Notes: generated by a model from the letters alone, not told the origin. Shown: positions 53,225 to 61,475, counted from the first letter of the stretch. The stretch is 64,000 bases of DNA from a virus (IMGVR_UViG_3300020388_000011:46030-110029), one strand, 5' to 3'. Numbers and translations: made by a program.

Positions 53225-53416
53225 ATGGATTTCGGTGCTCTTCTTCAGGCAATTGGTCATATGGCAGTTTGCCTGTTTTTTACTGGTCTTATTATTGGGT
53301 GGGTTATTTTTACAGAGAGGATGATTAAAAATCGTCTCACATATCTCTTCGTCGCTTTTCTTCCTATTATAACAGTTCTTACCATTTTGAAATATCATAT
53401 GATCGCCAGTTCATAA
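53225..53416 (+). CDS. Small 2-TM membrane protein (cassette)
   Basis: Start at 53225 after diverged repeat 53140-53194. Confidence 0.55.
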   Translation: MDFGALLQAIGHMAVCLFFTGLIIGWVIFTERMIKNRLTYLFVAFLPIITVLTILKYHMIASS

Positions 53417-53475
53417 ACTGACCACTGAACCCCCACAGGGCACCCAAATGCCCTATACTAATTACATCAACACAA
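53406..53475 (+). repeat. Dyad-hairpin-(-10) promoter repeat, most complete copy
   Basis: CCAGTT-cata-AACTGACCAC-TGAACCCCCAC-AGGGCA-cccaaa-TGCCC-TATACT-AATTACATCAACAC. Confidence 0.9.
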
Positions 53476-53486
53476 CACCACTACAA

Positions 53487-53894
53487 ATGGCTGCTACTCG
53501 CTGGACCGCTAAACTGTTCGTCAACTCTGATGTTGGTGAGATTGATGCCGAAGTCTACGCAAGCACCTACCCAGGAGCAAAGCAACAGATCCAAGCAAAG
53601 TATGGTGATGTCCAACAGATCTACAACTTGAGGCAGGCTAGTGGATCTGCTGGCTCTAGCTCTGGTGGTGCTGGTTGCTTGCCCCTGCTCGGTCTAGGTT
53701 TACTCGTTATCATTGGTGGTGTGTTTGGTGGTGGTAGTGATGATAAGACACCCACTGAGACCTATCAGAATGCCCCTGTAGAGCGTGTTCAAGCTGCTCC
53801 TGCTCCCGTTGCTCCTGCTGCTGAACCACAGTTCAGGGACTATGCTAGCCCCCCTCCTTCCTACTGTATCACTGAAAACTTTGAGCCTTGCTGA
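53487..53894 (+). CDS. Hypothetical membrane protein
   Basis: N-terminal domain, Gly/Ser linker, TM helix, Ala/Pro-rich tail. Confidence 0.65.
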   Translation: MAATRWTAKLFVNSDVGEIDAEVYASTYPGAKQQIQAKYGDVQQIYNLRQASGSAGSSSGGAGCLPLLGLGLLVIIGGVFGGGSDDKTPTETYQNAPVERVQAAPAPVAPAAEPQFRDYASPPPSYCITENFEPC

Positions 53895-53895
53895 T

Positions 53896-54069
53896 ATGAT
53901 TGATTTTAGACCACCACACCACATCACCACACAAGAAGAGTGGGATTTTATATTTAACACGCAGATTGAAAACTGTGCTAAACTAAAGAATACCGAGGCA
54001 CAATACTATACTTGTGTTGACCATACTGGTAAAGTTACCCGTAAAGTTGTTATTGAATTTGATGACTGA
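53896..54069 (+). CDS. Hypothetical protein
   Basis: Tiling ORF, D..G...KVVIEFD. Confidence 0.5.
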   Translation: MIDFRPPHHITTQEEWDFIFNTQIENCAKLKNTEAQYYTCVDHTGKVTRKVVIEFDD

Positions 54070-54200
54070 ATCTGAATTAGCCATGCTACTCAACATGGCA
54101 TATCTATTCTTTATTCTTGCATATTTCGTCAATATGAGTGAATGAAGATGACAACGATGATGATGAAGGCACCAATCAACCTGCATACAATAGATTATGA
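54062..54200 (+). pseudogene. Frameshifted small TM + acidic-tail peptide gene
   Basis: MTESEL...YFVNMS stops at 54145; removing one G at ~54140 continues NEDDNDDDEGTNQPAYNRL. Confidence 0.35.
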
Positions 54201-54499
54201 ATGAAAAAGAACTTGAACTAAATTTTGGTAGTGAGTATGAATCTGGTATTGACTACAATACTAGTCAAATCACAGACTATACCGAAGATGTAACCGTCAC
54301 ACTAACTCGTTCTGATTGGAACTGGTTTGTTACACTAATGACTGATTCAGTAAACAAGATGGAGCAGGCAGTATCTGCCGCTGGTCTTGATGCTGAAGGC
54401 TTCCTAGCAATTGACACTCTACGCACTATTCGTAATGAAATCGCCCGACAATCTGGACTTGACCAATTTATTGAAGGAGATGCCAGTGAAAGCCCCTAA
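54197..54499 (+). CDS. Hypothetical protein
   Basis: 100-aa ORF. Confidence 0.6.
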   Translation: MNEKELELNFGSEYESGIDYNTSQITDYTEDVTVTLTRSDWNWFVTLMTDSVNKMEQAVSAAGLDAEGFLAIDTLRTIRNEIARQSGLDQFIEGDASESP

Positions 54500-54752
54500 A
54501 GGCTATCACTATGAAATTACAGAACACAAGCGGAATGTAGCAGCTATTTGGTTGTGTGGTGGTCCCACATATCTATACAACGGCGGCGAAAGTGCCCGTA
54601 CTATACACTCATTCTACAACTATAAGAAGAACGTATGGTACTCTCCTATCAATAGTAAGAAGGCTGGTGAAGAGGTTCATCCCAGTAATATCAGACCTTA
54701 CACATCAATGCCTCTAAATCTTAACCCACTAATGGCAGCATTTCTTGCTTAG
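54480..54752 (+). CDS. Conserved cyanophage hypothetical protein
   Basis: APKGY.YE...AIWL...PINSKK.G...PYT.M.LNLNPL; GAAGGAG RBS. Confidence 0.7.
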   Translation: MPVKAPKGYHYEITEHKRNVAAIWLCGGPTYLYNGGESARTIHSFYNYKKNVWYSPINSKKAGEEVHPSNIRPYTSMPLNLNPLMAAFLA

Positions 54753-54796
54753 AATTTTTATCAGTATAAATAACTATGTAAACATACAAACAAAAT

Positions 54797-54958
54797 ATGA
54801 CTTACGCTCCTAAGCGTTGTCATGAATGTGCTCAAATTATTGTACCAAAGCGACCCTTAGAAATTATTGAGATCATTAAGCAAGCTGATGCTCTCCTGGA
54901 GGCAGAGATTCAAAGAGTCGAACAAGAACTTGTTGACAAGTACGGTCACAAGTGGTAA
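54797..54958 (+). CDS. Small late protein (53 aa)
   Basis: Between TATAAATA (54765) and terminator (54966); CxxC near the N-terminus. Confidence 0.55.
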   Translation: MTYAPKRCHECAQIIVPKRPLEIIEIIKQADALLEAEIQRVEQELVDKYGHKW

Positions 54959-54965
54959 GCTAAAT

Positions 54966-54996
54966 AACCTCGTAGGGCAACCTACGGGGTTTTTTT
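54966..54996 (+). terminator. Intrinsic terminator
   Basis: AACCTCGTAGG-GCAA-CCTACGGGGTT plus T-run. Confidence 0.85.
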
Positions 54997-55010
54997 GTTG
55001 AATTGAAGAT

Positions 55011-55250
55011 ATGTCCTTTAAAAAGAGTAAAGAGCAGCTTAATTCTGAGTTCAAACTAGTTATTGATCGGGCACATGTATGTGGTAAGGGAGCTGCTAGG
55101 GCAGACAACCTACACAAACTAGCCACTCAACTAGGATATATCGATGCTGCCCTCACAGGCGGTAAGCTGACCAATAAGCAGGCAGCACAGCAAGTTAAAG
55201 ATTTGTACAGGGCTTGGAAAGAAACCAACAGAGCCATTGACCTAGAGTGA
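55011..55250 (+). CDS. Hypothetical protein
   Basis: 79-aa ORF, GGKL....A...VK.L. Confidence 0.6.
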   Translation: MSFKKSKEQLNSEFKLVIDRAHVCGKGAARADNLHKLATQLGYIDAALTGGKLTNKQAAQQVKDLYRAWKETNRAIDLE

Positions 55251-55271
55251 TTCTGTGCTATAATTTATAGT

Positions 55272-55658
55272 ATGGAAAGCTTTATGTCCCTAGCCATTGA
55301 AGTCGCTCGTACTTCACCATCACGCAAGCCTGTTGGTGCTGTGCTCCTACGGAAAAACAAGGTGATTGCTACGGCAACCAACCACGACTGTAAGACACAC
55401 CCTATTCAAGCCAAGTGGGCAGAACGTGTCGGATTATCTGAAAAGATCTACCTACACGCCGAAATATCTGCTATGATAAAGGCTAGGGAAGATGCAGACA
55501 AGATCGTTGTGGTCCGTCTAGGCGGTCATTCAGGCAACGAATTGCGCCAAGCTCGTCCCTGTAAAATATGTGAGGCTTACTTGCGTCACACATCTAGTAT
55601 CAAACACGTCTACTATTCAGAGTGGACAAACAAGTTCTCCTATGAGTATTGGGGTTAA
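55272..55658 (+). CDS. Zinc-dependent deaminase (CDA/dCMP/TadA fold)
   Basis: VGAVL, N, HAE, PCKIC, I.HVYY. Confidence 0.85.
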   Translation: MESFMSLAIEVARTSPSRKPVGAVLLRKNKVIATATNHDCKTHPIQAKWAERVGLSEKIYLHAEISAMIKAREDADKIVVVRLGGHSGNELRQARPCKICEAYLRHTSSIKHVYYSEWTNKFSYEYWG

Positions 55659-55673
55659 CCCATCTAATTTATT

Positions 55674-55880
55674 ATGAGTATCCAAACAGGCGACACAGTT
55701 ATTTTCCGTGGTGGTGCTATTCCTGACCGAGTTAAGTACTCTGGTTCAGATTATCCATCCAATCTTATCATTGGTAAGACCTATGTTGTTGAGGGTGTAG
55801 AGCAAACTAGTTCATACTCAAACCTAACATTGGAAGATACACGAGGGAAGTTCAATTCTAATCAATTTCAAGTAGCATGA
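55674..55880 (+). CDS. Hypothetical protein
   Basis: GD.V.F, L.IGK.Y.V, FNS..F. Confidence 0.6.
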   Translation: MSIQTGDTVIFRGGAIPDRVKYSGSDYPSNLIIGKTYVVEGVEQTSSYSNLTLEDTRGKFNSNQFQVA

Positions 55881-56083
55881 GTTCCATTAAAACATTCACA
55901 CAAACAAGCGATGGTTATTATGACCGTCACAACTATAAAGTTGTATTTAAAGGTGGACGTAAAGAGATTTATTGTGAAAGCTGGGAAGCTGTCCAAAAAA
56001 TCTGGTTTCAATGGGCACAAATGAGAGCCATTGATTACATTGAAGTATGTGACATTAAAAAGTACATCCCAAAAGGTTTCTAA
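55877..56083 (+). CDS. Hypothetical protein
   Basis: FTQTS..YDRH.YK...KGF. Confidence 0.65.
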   Translation: MSSIKTFTQTSDGYYDRHNYKVVFKGGRKEIYCESWEAVQKIWFQWAQMRAIDYIEVCDIKKYIPKGF

Positions 56084-56085
56084 TT

Positions 56086-56274
56086 ATGATCCCACTCACG
56101 TTGCTATGTGCTCTTAGTGGGTGCTTAGATGTGCCTATTAGAACTAGTAATGACACTTTACCTGAAATTATTGTCAATGAGTTTCGTAGGCAAAACCCCC
56201 AACAAACAACAAACCCATCCTGTTATGTGATGGGTACATTTTATGTAGAATGTCCAGAGGTTAATTATGACTAA
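56086..56274 (+). CDS. Hypothetical protein
   Basis: N-terminal hydrophobic LSGC; SCYV.G.FY..CP. Confidence 0.55.
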   Translation: MIPLTLLCALSGCLDVPIRTSNDTLPEIIVNEFRRQNPQQTTNPSCYVMGTFYVECPEVNYD

Positions 56275-56431
56275 AAGTATTATTCACCCAGAACTAGAAA
56301 TCCCAGAGTGGGGGACAGAGGAGTATCGTATTTGGTGGGAATCACAATACGATCAATGCGAAACCCATGAACTACAACGGACCCCTCCACTGTCTGTTTT
56401 AGAGTGGGCTGATGGGTTCGTAGGCAAATAA
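56267..56431 (+). CDS. Small hypothetical protein (54 aa)
   Basis: GAGG RBS; ends just before the dyad/terminator element. Confidence 0.45.
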   Translation: MTKSIIHPELEIPEWGTEEYRIWWESQYDQCETHELQRTPPLSVLEWADGFVGK

Positions 56432-56433
56432 TA

Positions 56434-56488
56434 GACAGTTTATATACTGTTCACTAGGGGACGCAAGTCCCCCTTTTTTTGCTATAAT
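56434..56488 (+). promoter_or_regulatory. Dyad + terminator hairpin + extended -10 element
   Basis: GACAGTT-tata-TACTGTTCAC; GGGGAC-GCAA-GTCCCC then T7; TGCTATAAT 33 bp after the dyad. Confidence 0.75.
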
Positions 56489-56512
56489 TTATACATAACA
56501 AGTAAATTACAC

Positions 56513-57220
56513 ATGAGGATCAATCCAGTTAATGACTCCTTGATGGAGTCAGTTGCAGAAACTAAGTCACTACTTGCTAACAGGAGGATAGCAGTTGCTT
56601 GCGGCAATAGGTTCACTCTCACTGCAACAGTTATGACCCCAGCTATTGCACAGTCATTCGTTGGTGGTACATCAACAGAAGAAGAGGCACTAGAGATAAT
56701 AAGCGATAGCAATCCAGATCTGTTGATTGCAACCGAAGACCTTGAAAGGGGATATGGTATCAGACTAGTAGAGAGGGTGAAGAAACTAAATCCAAAGATC
56801 AAAGTACTCATCTTCCTCAAGCGAGAGACCCATGAGGTAGTCAAAGAGGCTATGGATGCGGGAGCTGATGGTGTGATGTTTATATCATCTATAGGCACTG
56901 GTGATGGTGACTTCATCAATGCTTTAAGAACAATCGCCAAAGGAGCTATTTACTATCCCCAACCTGTACTCAATGCGTACTGTAAGCATAATAGACCAGC
57001 ACCAGTACTAGCTGATCCACTATCGAGGAGGGAGCTAGATGTCATTAGTTGTCTTGTTAATGGGATGAAGAATTCAGAGATTTCTGAAGAACTCCGAATA
57101 TCGTCAGAGACAGTAAAGAGTCACGTAAGCTCTACTATATCTAAGCTCGGTGTTAGGGATAGGACTCAAGCTGTTGTGTTTGCCTTGACTCACGGATTGG
57201 TTGAGAGTCAATTGGTGTAG
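56513..57220 (+). CDS. NarL/LuxR-family response regulator with degenerate receiver domain
   Basis: Intact LuxR HTH (LSRRELDV...GMKNSEISEEL.IS.ETVKSHV...KLGVRDRTQAV); REC fold PDLLIAT...A..AGADG. Confidence 0.9.
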   Translation: MRINPVNDSLMESVAETKSLLANRRIAVACGNRFTLTATVMTPAIAQSFVGGTSTEEEALEIISDSNPDLLIATEDLERGYGIRLVERVKKLNPKIKVLIFLKRETHEVVKEAMDAGADGVMFISSIGTGDGDFINALRTIAKGAIYYPQPVLNAYCKHNRPAPVLADPLSRRELDVISCLVNGMKNSEISEELRISSETVKSHVSSTISKLGVRDRTQAVVFALTHGLVESQLV

Positions 57221-57261
57221 TGTCCACTGCCCCTTGCTAGGGGCTTTTTTATTGCTATACT
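57207..57261 (+). promoter_or_regulatory. Dyad + terminator hairpin + -10 element
   Basis: GTCAATT...AGTGTCCAC; GCCCC/GGGGC then T6; TGCTATACT at the same 33-bp spacing. Confidence 0.7.
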
Positions 57262-57266
57262 AAGTT

Positions 57267-57303
57267 CAACCAACCAACCCAACCAACCCAACCAACCCAA
57301 CCA
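57267..57303 (+). repeat. CAACCAACC tandem repeat in 5' UTR
   Basis: Three full 9-mers (57271-57297) plus flanking partial copies running into the ATG. Confidence 0.9.
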
Positions 57304-57651
57304 ATGGCTTCCTTCGCTGACTACGTTGACTCCAAGCCTGCTGCTGATAAAGCTGAGGCTGATGTGCTACGCTACACCGAGGTGCTTATTGAAGCACTGA
57401 CCCAGGATGCCCCTGACGACTACACCTACGCCATTGACGGTGGTCGTAAGTTCCATAAGGTGTGGATGTATCGCTATGGCAAGCGTGACTCCATCCACGC
57501 CTTTGTGGACAAGAAGACTGGTGAGGTTTACAAGCCTGCCAGCACCAAGGCACCAGCCAAGGGTGTTCGCTTCAACCTCCTAGACCCCATCAGCCGCGAG
57601 AAGTGTCTAGCCAAGGCTGGATGGTCGGGAGGATATTTATATATCCGTTAA
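57304..57651 (+). CDS. Conserved T4-like hypothetical protein
   Basis: GRKFHK, SIHAFVDKKTGEVYKPAS.KAPAKGVRF, W.GGYLY. Confidence 0.8.
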   Translation: MASFADYVDSKPAADKAEADVLRYTEVLIEALTQDAPDDYTYAIDGGRKFHKVWMYRYGKRDSIHAFVDKKTGEVYKPASTKAPAKGVRFNLLDPISREKCLAKAGWSGGYLYIR

Positions 57652-57690
57652 CTTGACTTGATCAAAGTAAAGACCTTTAACTAAACTATT

Positions 57691-57921
57691 ATGAAACACC
57701 CACTAACTGACGAAATTTGCTATCAACTGGCTGAGTTGTGGTGTCCCGATTCAGGTGAGAGAGAGAACATGCGAGCCGCTGCTGATTGGCAGTTGAAGCA
57801 GTGCCTTGAGTTTCTACGAACTACCAAATTTCATGAGCGTAGTGATTACTTTGATCTCCGGTATGACAATTATGCAAATTTATTGGAAGACGCAATGCGC
57901 CCCACACAGGAGGACAACTAA
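57691..57921 (+). CDS. Hypothetical protein
   Basis: HPLTDE...MRAAADWQL...AMRP. Confidence 0.6.
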   Translation: MKHPLTDEICYQLAELWCPDSGERENMRAAADWQLKQCLEFLRTTKFHERSDYFDLRYDNYANLLEDAMRPTQEDN

Positions 57922-57925
57922 ACTG

Positions 57926-58090
57926 ATGAAAAAAAAGGAACTACTCAACAAGATTGAAAATTTAGAAGATATAATCATTGTCTTGTGCCGCAAACAAGAT
58001 AGAAAAATAGAAGAACTTATGGAGAGAGTTGTTTGTTTAGAGACTGAGCTTCAGGCTAGAAAATTAATCCACAAAATTCAAAATCAATGA
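57926..58090 (+). CDS. Small coiled-coil protein
   Basis: GGAGG RBS; heptad pattern. Confidence 0.45.
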   Translation: MKKKELLNKIENLEDIIIVLCRKQDRKIEELMERVVCLETELQARKLIHKIQNQ

Positions 58091-58111
58091 AATGTACCCT
58101 GAGGACAACTC

Positions 58112-58345
58112 ATGACTGATGCACTACAACTTGCCGAGAACCTTGCCTTTGATGCCTATATGAGGTATCACCGCAACAGAATGACCCTCTCAACCTCTGA
58201 TGTGGACCAGCTCCGCACCTATGACGTGGTTGACCGTGGTGAGAACTTTGTTATACTGTATAAGAACGGTATGGATGCTGGTAAGTCCTGTATCTACGCC
58301 ACAATCAATAAGGAGACCTGTAAAGTATGTTCGAGCTATATTTAA
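58112..58345 (+). CDS. Hypothetical protein
   Basis: GAGG RBS. Confidence 0.55.
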   Translation: MTDALQLAENLAFDAYMRYHRNRMTLSTSDVDQLRTYDVVDRGENFVILYKNGMDAGKSCIYATINKETCKVCSSYI

Positions 58346-58533
58346 TTGCAGGGCTTGCCCTGAACCCCCTAGATGCCTCTGAGAGGATAAATATGTTTTG
58401 TGCTGAAGTGGTAGGAATCCCCTATGCCTCTGGTGCATTCAGTGAAGAAGAATGGGACAGATTTGCATACTGTAGAGAATCCATAAGAGTACCACATCCT
58501 AAACTGACCACTGAACCCCCACAGGGCACCTAG
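58327..58533 (+). CDS. Hypothetical protein
   Basis: FCA.VVGIPYAS..FS.EEW.RF..C; C-terminus reads into a repeat. Confidence 0.55.
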   Translation: MFELYLIAGLALNPLDASERINMFCAEVVGIPYASGAFSEEEWDRFAYCRESIRVPHPKLTTEPPQGT

Positions 58534-58561
58534 ATGCCCTATACTAATTACATCAACACAA
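58492..58561 (+). repeat. Dyad-hairpin-(-10) promoter repeat, core copy
   Basis: TAAACTGACCACTGAACCCCCACAGGGCACCTAGATGCCCTATACTAATTACATCAACAC. Confidence 0.9.
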
Positions 58562-58575
58562 AGGACTTTCCTCCA

Positions 58576-59244
58576 ATGGCTACAAAAATCAACCTCTTCG
58601 CTGATAAGATGAATGAGAAGGATTTTTATATGACCCGCGCTCAACTCAATAAAGTAATTGAGTGGATGCCCCCTAGTGTAACAAAGATTATCAATTCAGT
58701 TAAGACCAAGCGTGAGATTGATGCCCTAAAGAAACTCTTTAAGGATCCTAACTCTGCTATGTCTAAAGCCACAGCTAAGGGACGTAACTTCCATAAGGCA
58801 TTAGAAACTGGTGTTATTGTTGATACTTTTACTGAAAAGGTAGTATCTCTCTTCAAGAAGGATATTTTAGTTGATATTGATGAAGTATGGGCTCAAGAGA
58901 AGTCTATCTATCACAAAGATCACTTTTATTATGGTAAGTTTGATGGTATTGGCGTCTATAAAGGAAAAGTAACATTATTTGATTATAAGAAAACCAATAA
59001 GGCTAAGAAGAACAACTCGTCAATGAGAAACTATCTTATTCAGCTATGTGCCTACAAGAAAGCTCACGAATCAATGTATCCTGATATTCAAATTGAGCAG
59101 GTAGCTATTTTCAACCTGTTCGGTAAGACTGAAAGTGAATTAGGTACTAACGTAAAGATTCTAAATGATACTGAAGTTGAACAGCATACGAATCTATTCT
59201 ACGGTCATTTGTTTGATTTTCAAATGAATCTAAAAGGCGCTTGA
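58576..59244 (+). CDS. PD-(D/E)XK nuclease (second exonuclease-like gene)
   Basis: PSVT.I, G..FH..LE, E, GKFD...FDYK, Y.IQL.AY. Confidence 0.8.
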   Translation: MATKINLFADKMNEKDFYMTRAQLNKVIEWMPPSVTKIINSVKTKREIDALKKLFKDPNSAMSKATAKGRNFHKALETGVIVDTFTEKVVSLFKKDILVDIDEVWAQEKSIYHKDHFYYGKFDGIGVYKGKVTLFDYKKTNKAKKNNSSMRNYLIQLCAYKKAHESMYPDIQIEQVAIFNLFGKTESELGTNVKILNDTEVEQHTNLFYGHLFDFQMNLKGA

Positions 59245-59275
59245 TTCCAATTTCATTTTCTATTTTTTCCATCTA

Positions 59276-59887
59276 ATGTCACTTCTATCCACACTGAAGA
59301 CGTACCACATTCCATTCGCATCGGGCTACTCTAGCGATATCTATATGCGCTACGGTAAGGTCGTTAAGGTGCTTGAAGATGGATGCTATGAAGACACACT
59401 CAAAGAAGTAGCACTACAACAGACTGCTGCTGATGCTGGACTAGCTCCACAAATCTATAGTGTGTTTGAGGTTCCTGGTGCTGTTATTATTGTTATGGAA
59501 GCCATTGATACTGATAAGTTCAAGCAAGTTGTAGAGAATACTCCCATTGGTTATGACCCCATAAGACTAGGTGGGTTGGATGATAATGCTATGATGCTTG
59601 GCTCTAAACTATACGCCGACCTAATCAAGGCAGGCATCATCCATGCAGATTTCCACGTTCAGAACTGGTTGAGGTGTGGTAGTGAGGCAATTGCGCTTGA
59701 CTTTGGTGTTGCTGACTATATCCAAGACGCGAGCTACCGACACCTTACAGTAGCTGTGACCACGCTCACACCCGCTCTAATGGCTCTCAAAGAGTTTGAG
59801 CTACTCTATGAGATGAGTGAGTGTAGCAGCTCCTGTGAGCTACGTGAGATGATTAGGAAGGCAGCCAATCTCATTAGTGACCACTGA
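59276..59887 (+). CDS. Ser/Thr protein kinase-like protein
   Basis: VVK, E..LQ..A...GLAP, IVME, IIHADFHVQN, LDFG. Confidence 0.8.
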   Translation: MSLLSTLKTYHIPFASGYSSDIYMRYGKVVKVLEDGCYEDTLKEVALQQTAADAGLAPQIYSVFEVPGAVIIVMEAIDTDKFKQVVENTPIGYDPIRLGGLDDNAMMLGSKLYADLIKAGIIHADFHVQNWLRCGSEAIALDFGVADYIQDASYRHLTVAVTTLTPALMALKEFELLYEMSECSSSCELREMIRKAANLISDH

Positions 59888-59918
59888 ACCCCCACAGGGC
59901 ACCCAGCTGCCCTATACT
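59864..59918 (+). repeat. Dyad-hairpin-(-10) promoter repeat, core copy
   Basis: AGTGACCACTGAACCCCCACAGGGCACCCAGCTGCCCTATACT. Confidence 0.85.
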
Positions 59919-59944
59919 AATAGATGACATCCCTTAGAAATCCA

Positions 59945-60130
59945 ATGAAAAACTCAGGACGTCTTATAGCTGCAGTTGCAATTCTCCTTGCAGAACCTTT
60001 GTTCCTTATGGTGGTATGGAATGCTTTCATACCAGGTATTTTTGGATTACCAACTTTGGGATACTGGTCTGCAGTGGGATTGTTGGCAGTTTGTAGTATA
60101 TTATTTAAACCCACTCCCCATAACCACTGA
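59945..60130 (+). CDS. Small 2-TM membrane protein (cassette)
   Basis: WN...P.IFGLP.LGYW; stop inside the next repeat. Confidence 0.6.
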   Translation: MKNSGRLIAAVAILLAEPLFLMVVWNAFIPGIFGLPTLGYWSAVGLLAVCSILFKPTPHNH

Positions 60131-60187
60131 ACCCCCACAGGGCACCCAGATGCCCTATACTATTCACATAAGCAACGGACACCAATG
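60123..60187 (+). repeat. Promoter repeat, 63/65 identical to 60465-60529 including leader and ATG
   Basis: Direct sequence comparison. Confidence 0.9.
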
Positions 60188-60460
60188 GCTAAAAGAAAGT
60201 TCTTCACAACAAAATCCCAACGGATTAATGACATAAACCAACATCACACGTTTTCACTTGATCATGTTGTGTCAATTAAGAGTTACGATAGATATTCCTT
60301 CCACGACCACAACGAGAAAAGCGCCCACATGATCGAGATTACCCTTGAAGCAGGTGGACAAAGAGAGGTCTTAGTAGTTTGGTTTGATCTTGATGGGGAA
60401 AAGGAAAGGGATATGGAATATAAACGATTGAATAAAGCATTAACAAAAAACAATTCCTAA
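60185..60460 (+). CDS. Hypothetical protein (single-gene cassette)
   Basis: Flanked by 65-bp direct repeats. Confidence 0.6.
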   Translation: MAKRKFFTTKSQRINDINQHHTFSLDHVVSIKSYDRYSFHDHNEKSAHMIEITLEAGGQREVLVVWFDLDGEKERDMEYKRLNKALTKNNS

Positions 60461-60529
60461 ACTGACCACTGAACCCCCACAGGGCACCCAGATGCCCTAT
60501 ACTAATTACATAAGCAACGGACACCAATG
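60451..60529 (+). repeat. Dyad-hairpin-(-10) promoter repeat, core copy
   Basis: CAATT-ccta-AACTGACCAC...TGCCCTATACT. Confidence 0.9.
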
Positions 60530-61420
60530 ACCAAGAACCTCCACCTGGAACACCCCGAGGACCAAATCCTATCAGGCGACCTATCAGTGCTTGACTGGTT
60601 TGCTGCAATCTCAGAGACCAGTGTGAAGATGGATGGTTCAGTCGCTATTGTATGGGGCATCAACCCAGAGAATGGTAAGTTTTTCGTAGGTAAAAAAAGT
60701 GTCTTCAATAAGGTCAAGGTTCAGATCTGTTACACACCACAGGACATCACCAAGTTCTATGGTGACCGTGAAGAGCTAGCAGATATTCTCCTCACCTGCC
60801 TTGACTTCCTGCCCCGTACTGGCGGCATCTATCAAGGTGACTTCATTGGGATGGGTGGTCATTCATCATACACACCCAACACAATCACATATGATTTCGG
60901 TGAGCCTGTTGATGAGGTTCTAATCATTGCACCTCATACATATTATGTTGGCGACACCATCAAGGATTGTGTTGCTCACCCACTATCACACGTATTAGAA
61001 TCAACTGGTGAGGTTCTGTTTGTTCAACCTACTGTTGATTGTAAGTATATCTTCCACGATTCAGTCAAGGCAATCCGTAAATCAGTAGAGAAGTCTAAGT
61101 TCCTATCTACCAAGCAAGCCAAAGAGGTTCGTATCATCCTCAACGCATTCATCCGCGAAGGCAAGTCAATCAGCCCACAACTACTAGAACAGATTGTAGG
61201 TGACTGGACGCTTACACAGTCATACTTCCAAGTGCTTGATATCAAAGAGCAGATGATGGAAGCAATGATGGTGTATGATGGTCCCAAGGCATCTATCGGT
61301 GATATGCCCGTAGCTTGTGAAGGCTTTGTCCGTACTAACAAGTTCGGTAGTCTCAAACTTGTAGATAGATACCAGTTCGCACAGGCTAACTTCAACAACA
61401 CCAGGTTCAGGTCAAACTGA
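60527..61420 (+). CDS. Conserved T4-like protein (DUF6267-like)
   Basis: NLHLEHPED, SVK.DG..AIVWG, K.SVFNK, QGDF, PNTITY, EG.V, KLVDR..F..ANF. Confidence 0.75.
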   Translation: MTKNLHLEHPEDQILSGDLSVLDWFAAISETSVKMDGSVAIVWGINPENGKFFVGKKSVFNKVKVQICYTPQDITKFYGDREELADILLTCLDFLPRTGGIYQGDFIGMGGHSSYTPNTITYDFGEPVDEVLIIAPHTYYVGDTIKDCVAHPLSHVLESTGEVLFVQPTVDCKYIFHDSVKAIRKSVEKSKFLSTKQAKEVRIILNAFIREGKSISPQLLEQIVGDWTLTQSYFQVLDIKEQMMEAMMVYDGPKASIGDMPVACEGFVRTNKFGSLKLVDRYQFAQANFNNTRFRSN

Positions 61421-61475
61421 CCCACTTCCCAAACTGATCACTAAACCACCCCAAGGCACACAGATGCCTTATACT
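61421..61475 (+). repeat. Dyad-hairpin-(-10) element with compensatory stem change
   Basis: AAGGCA/TGCCTT replaces AGGGCA/TGCCCT. Confidence 0.8.
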
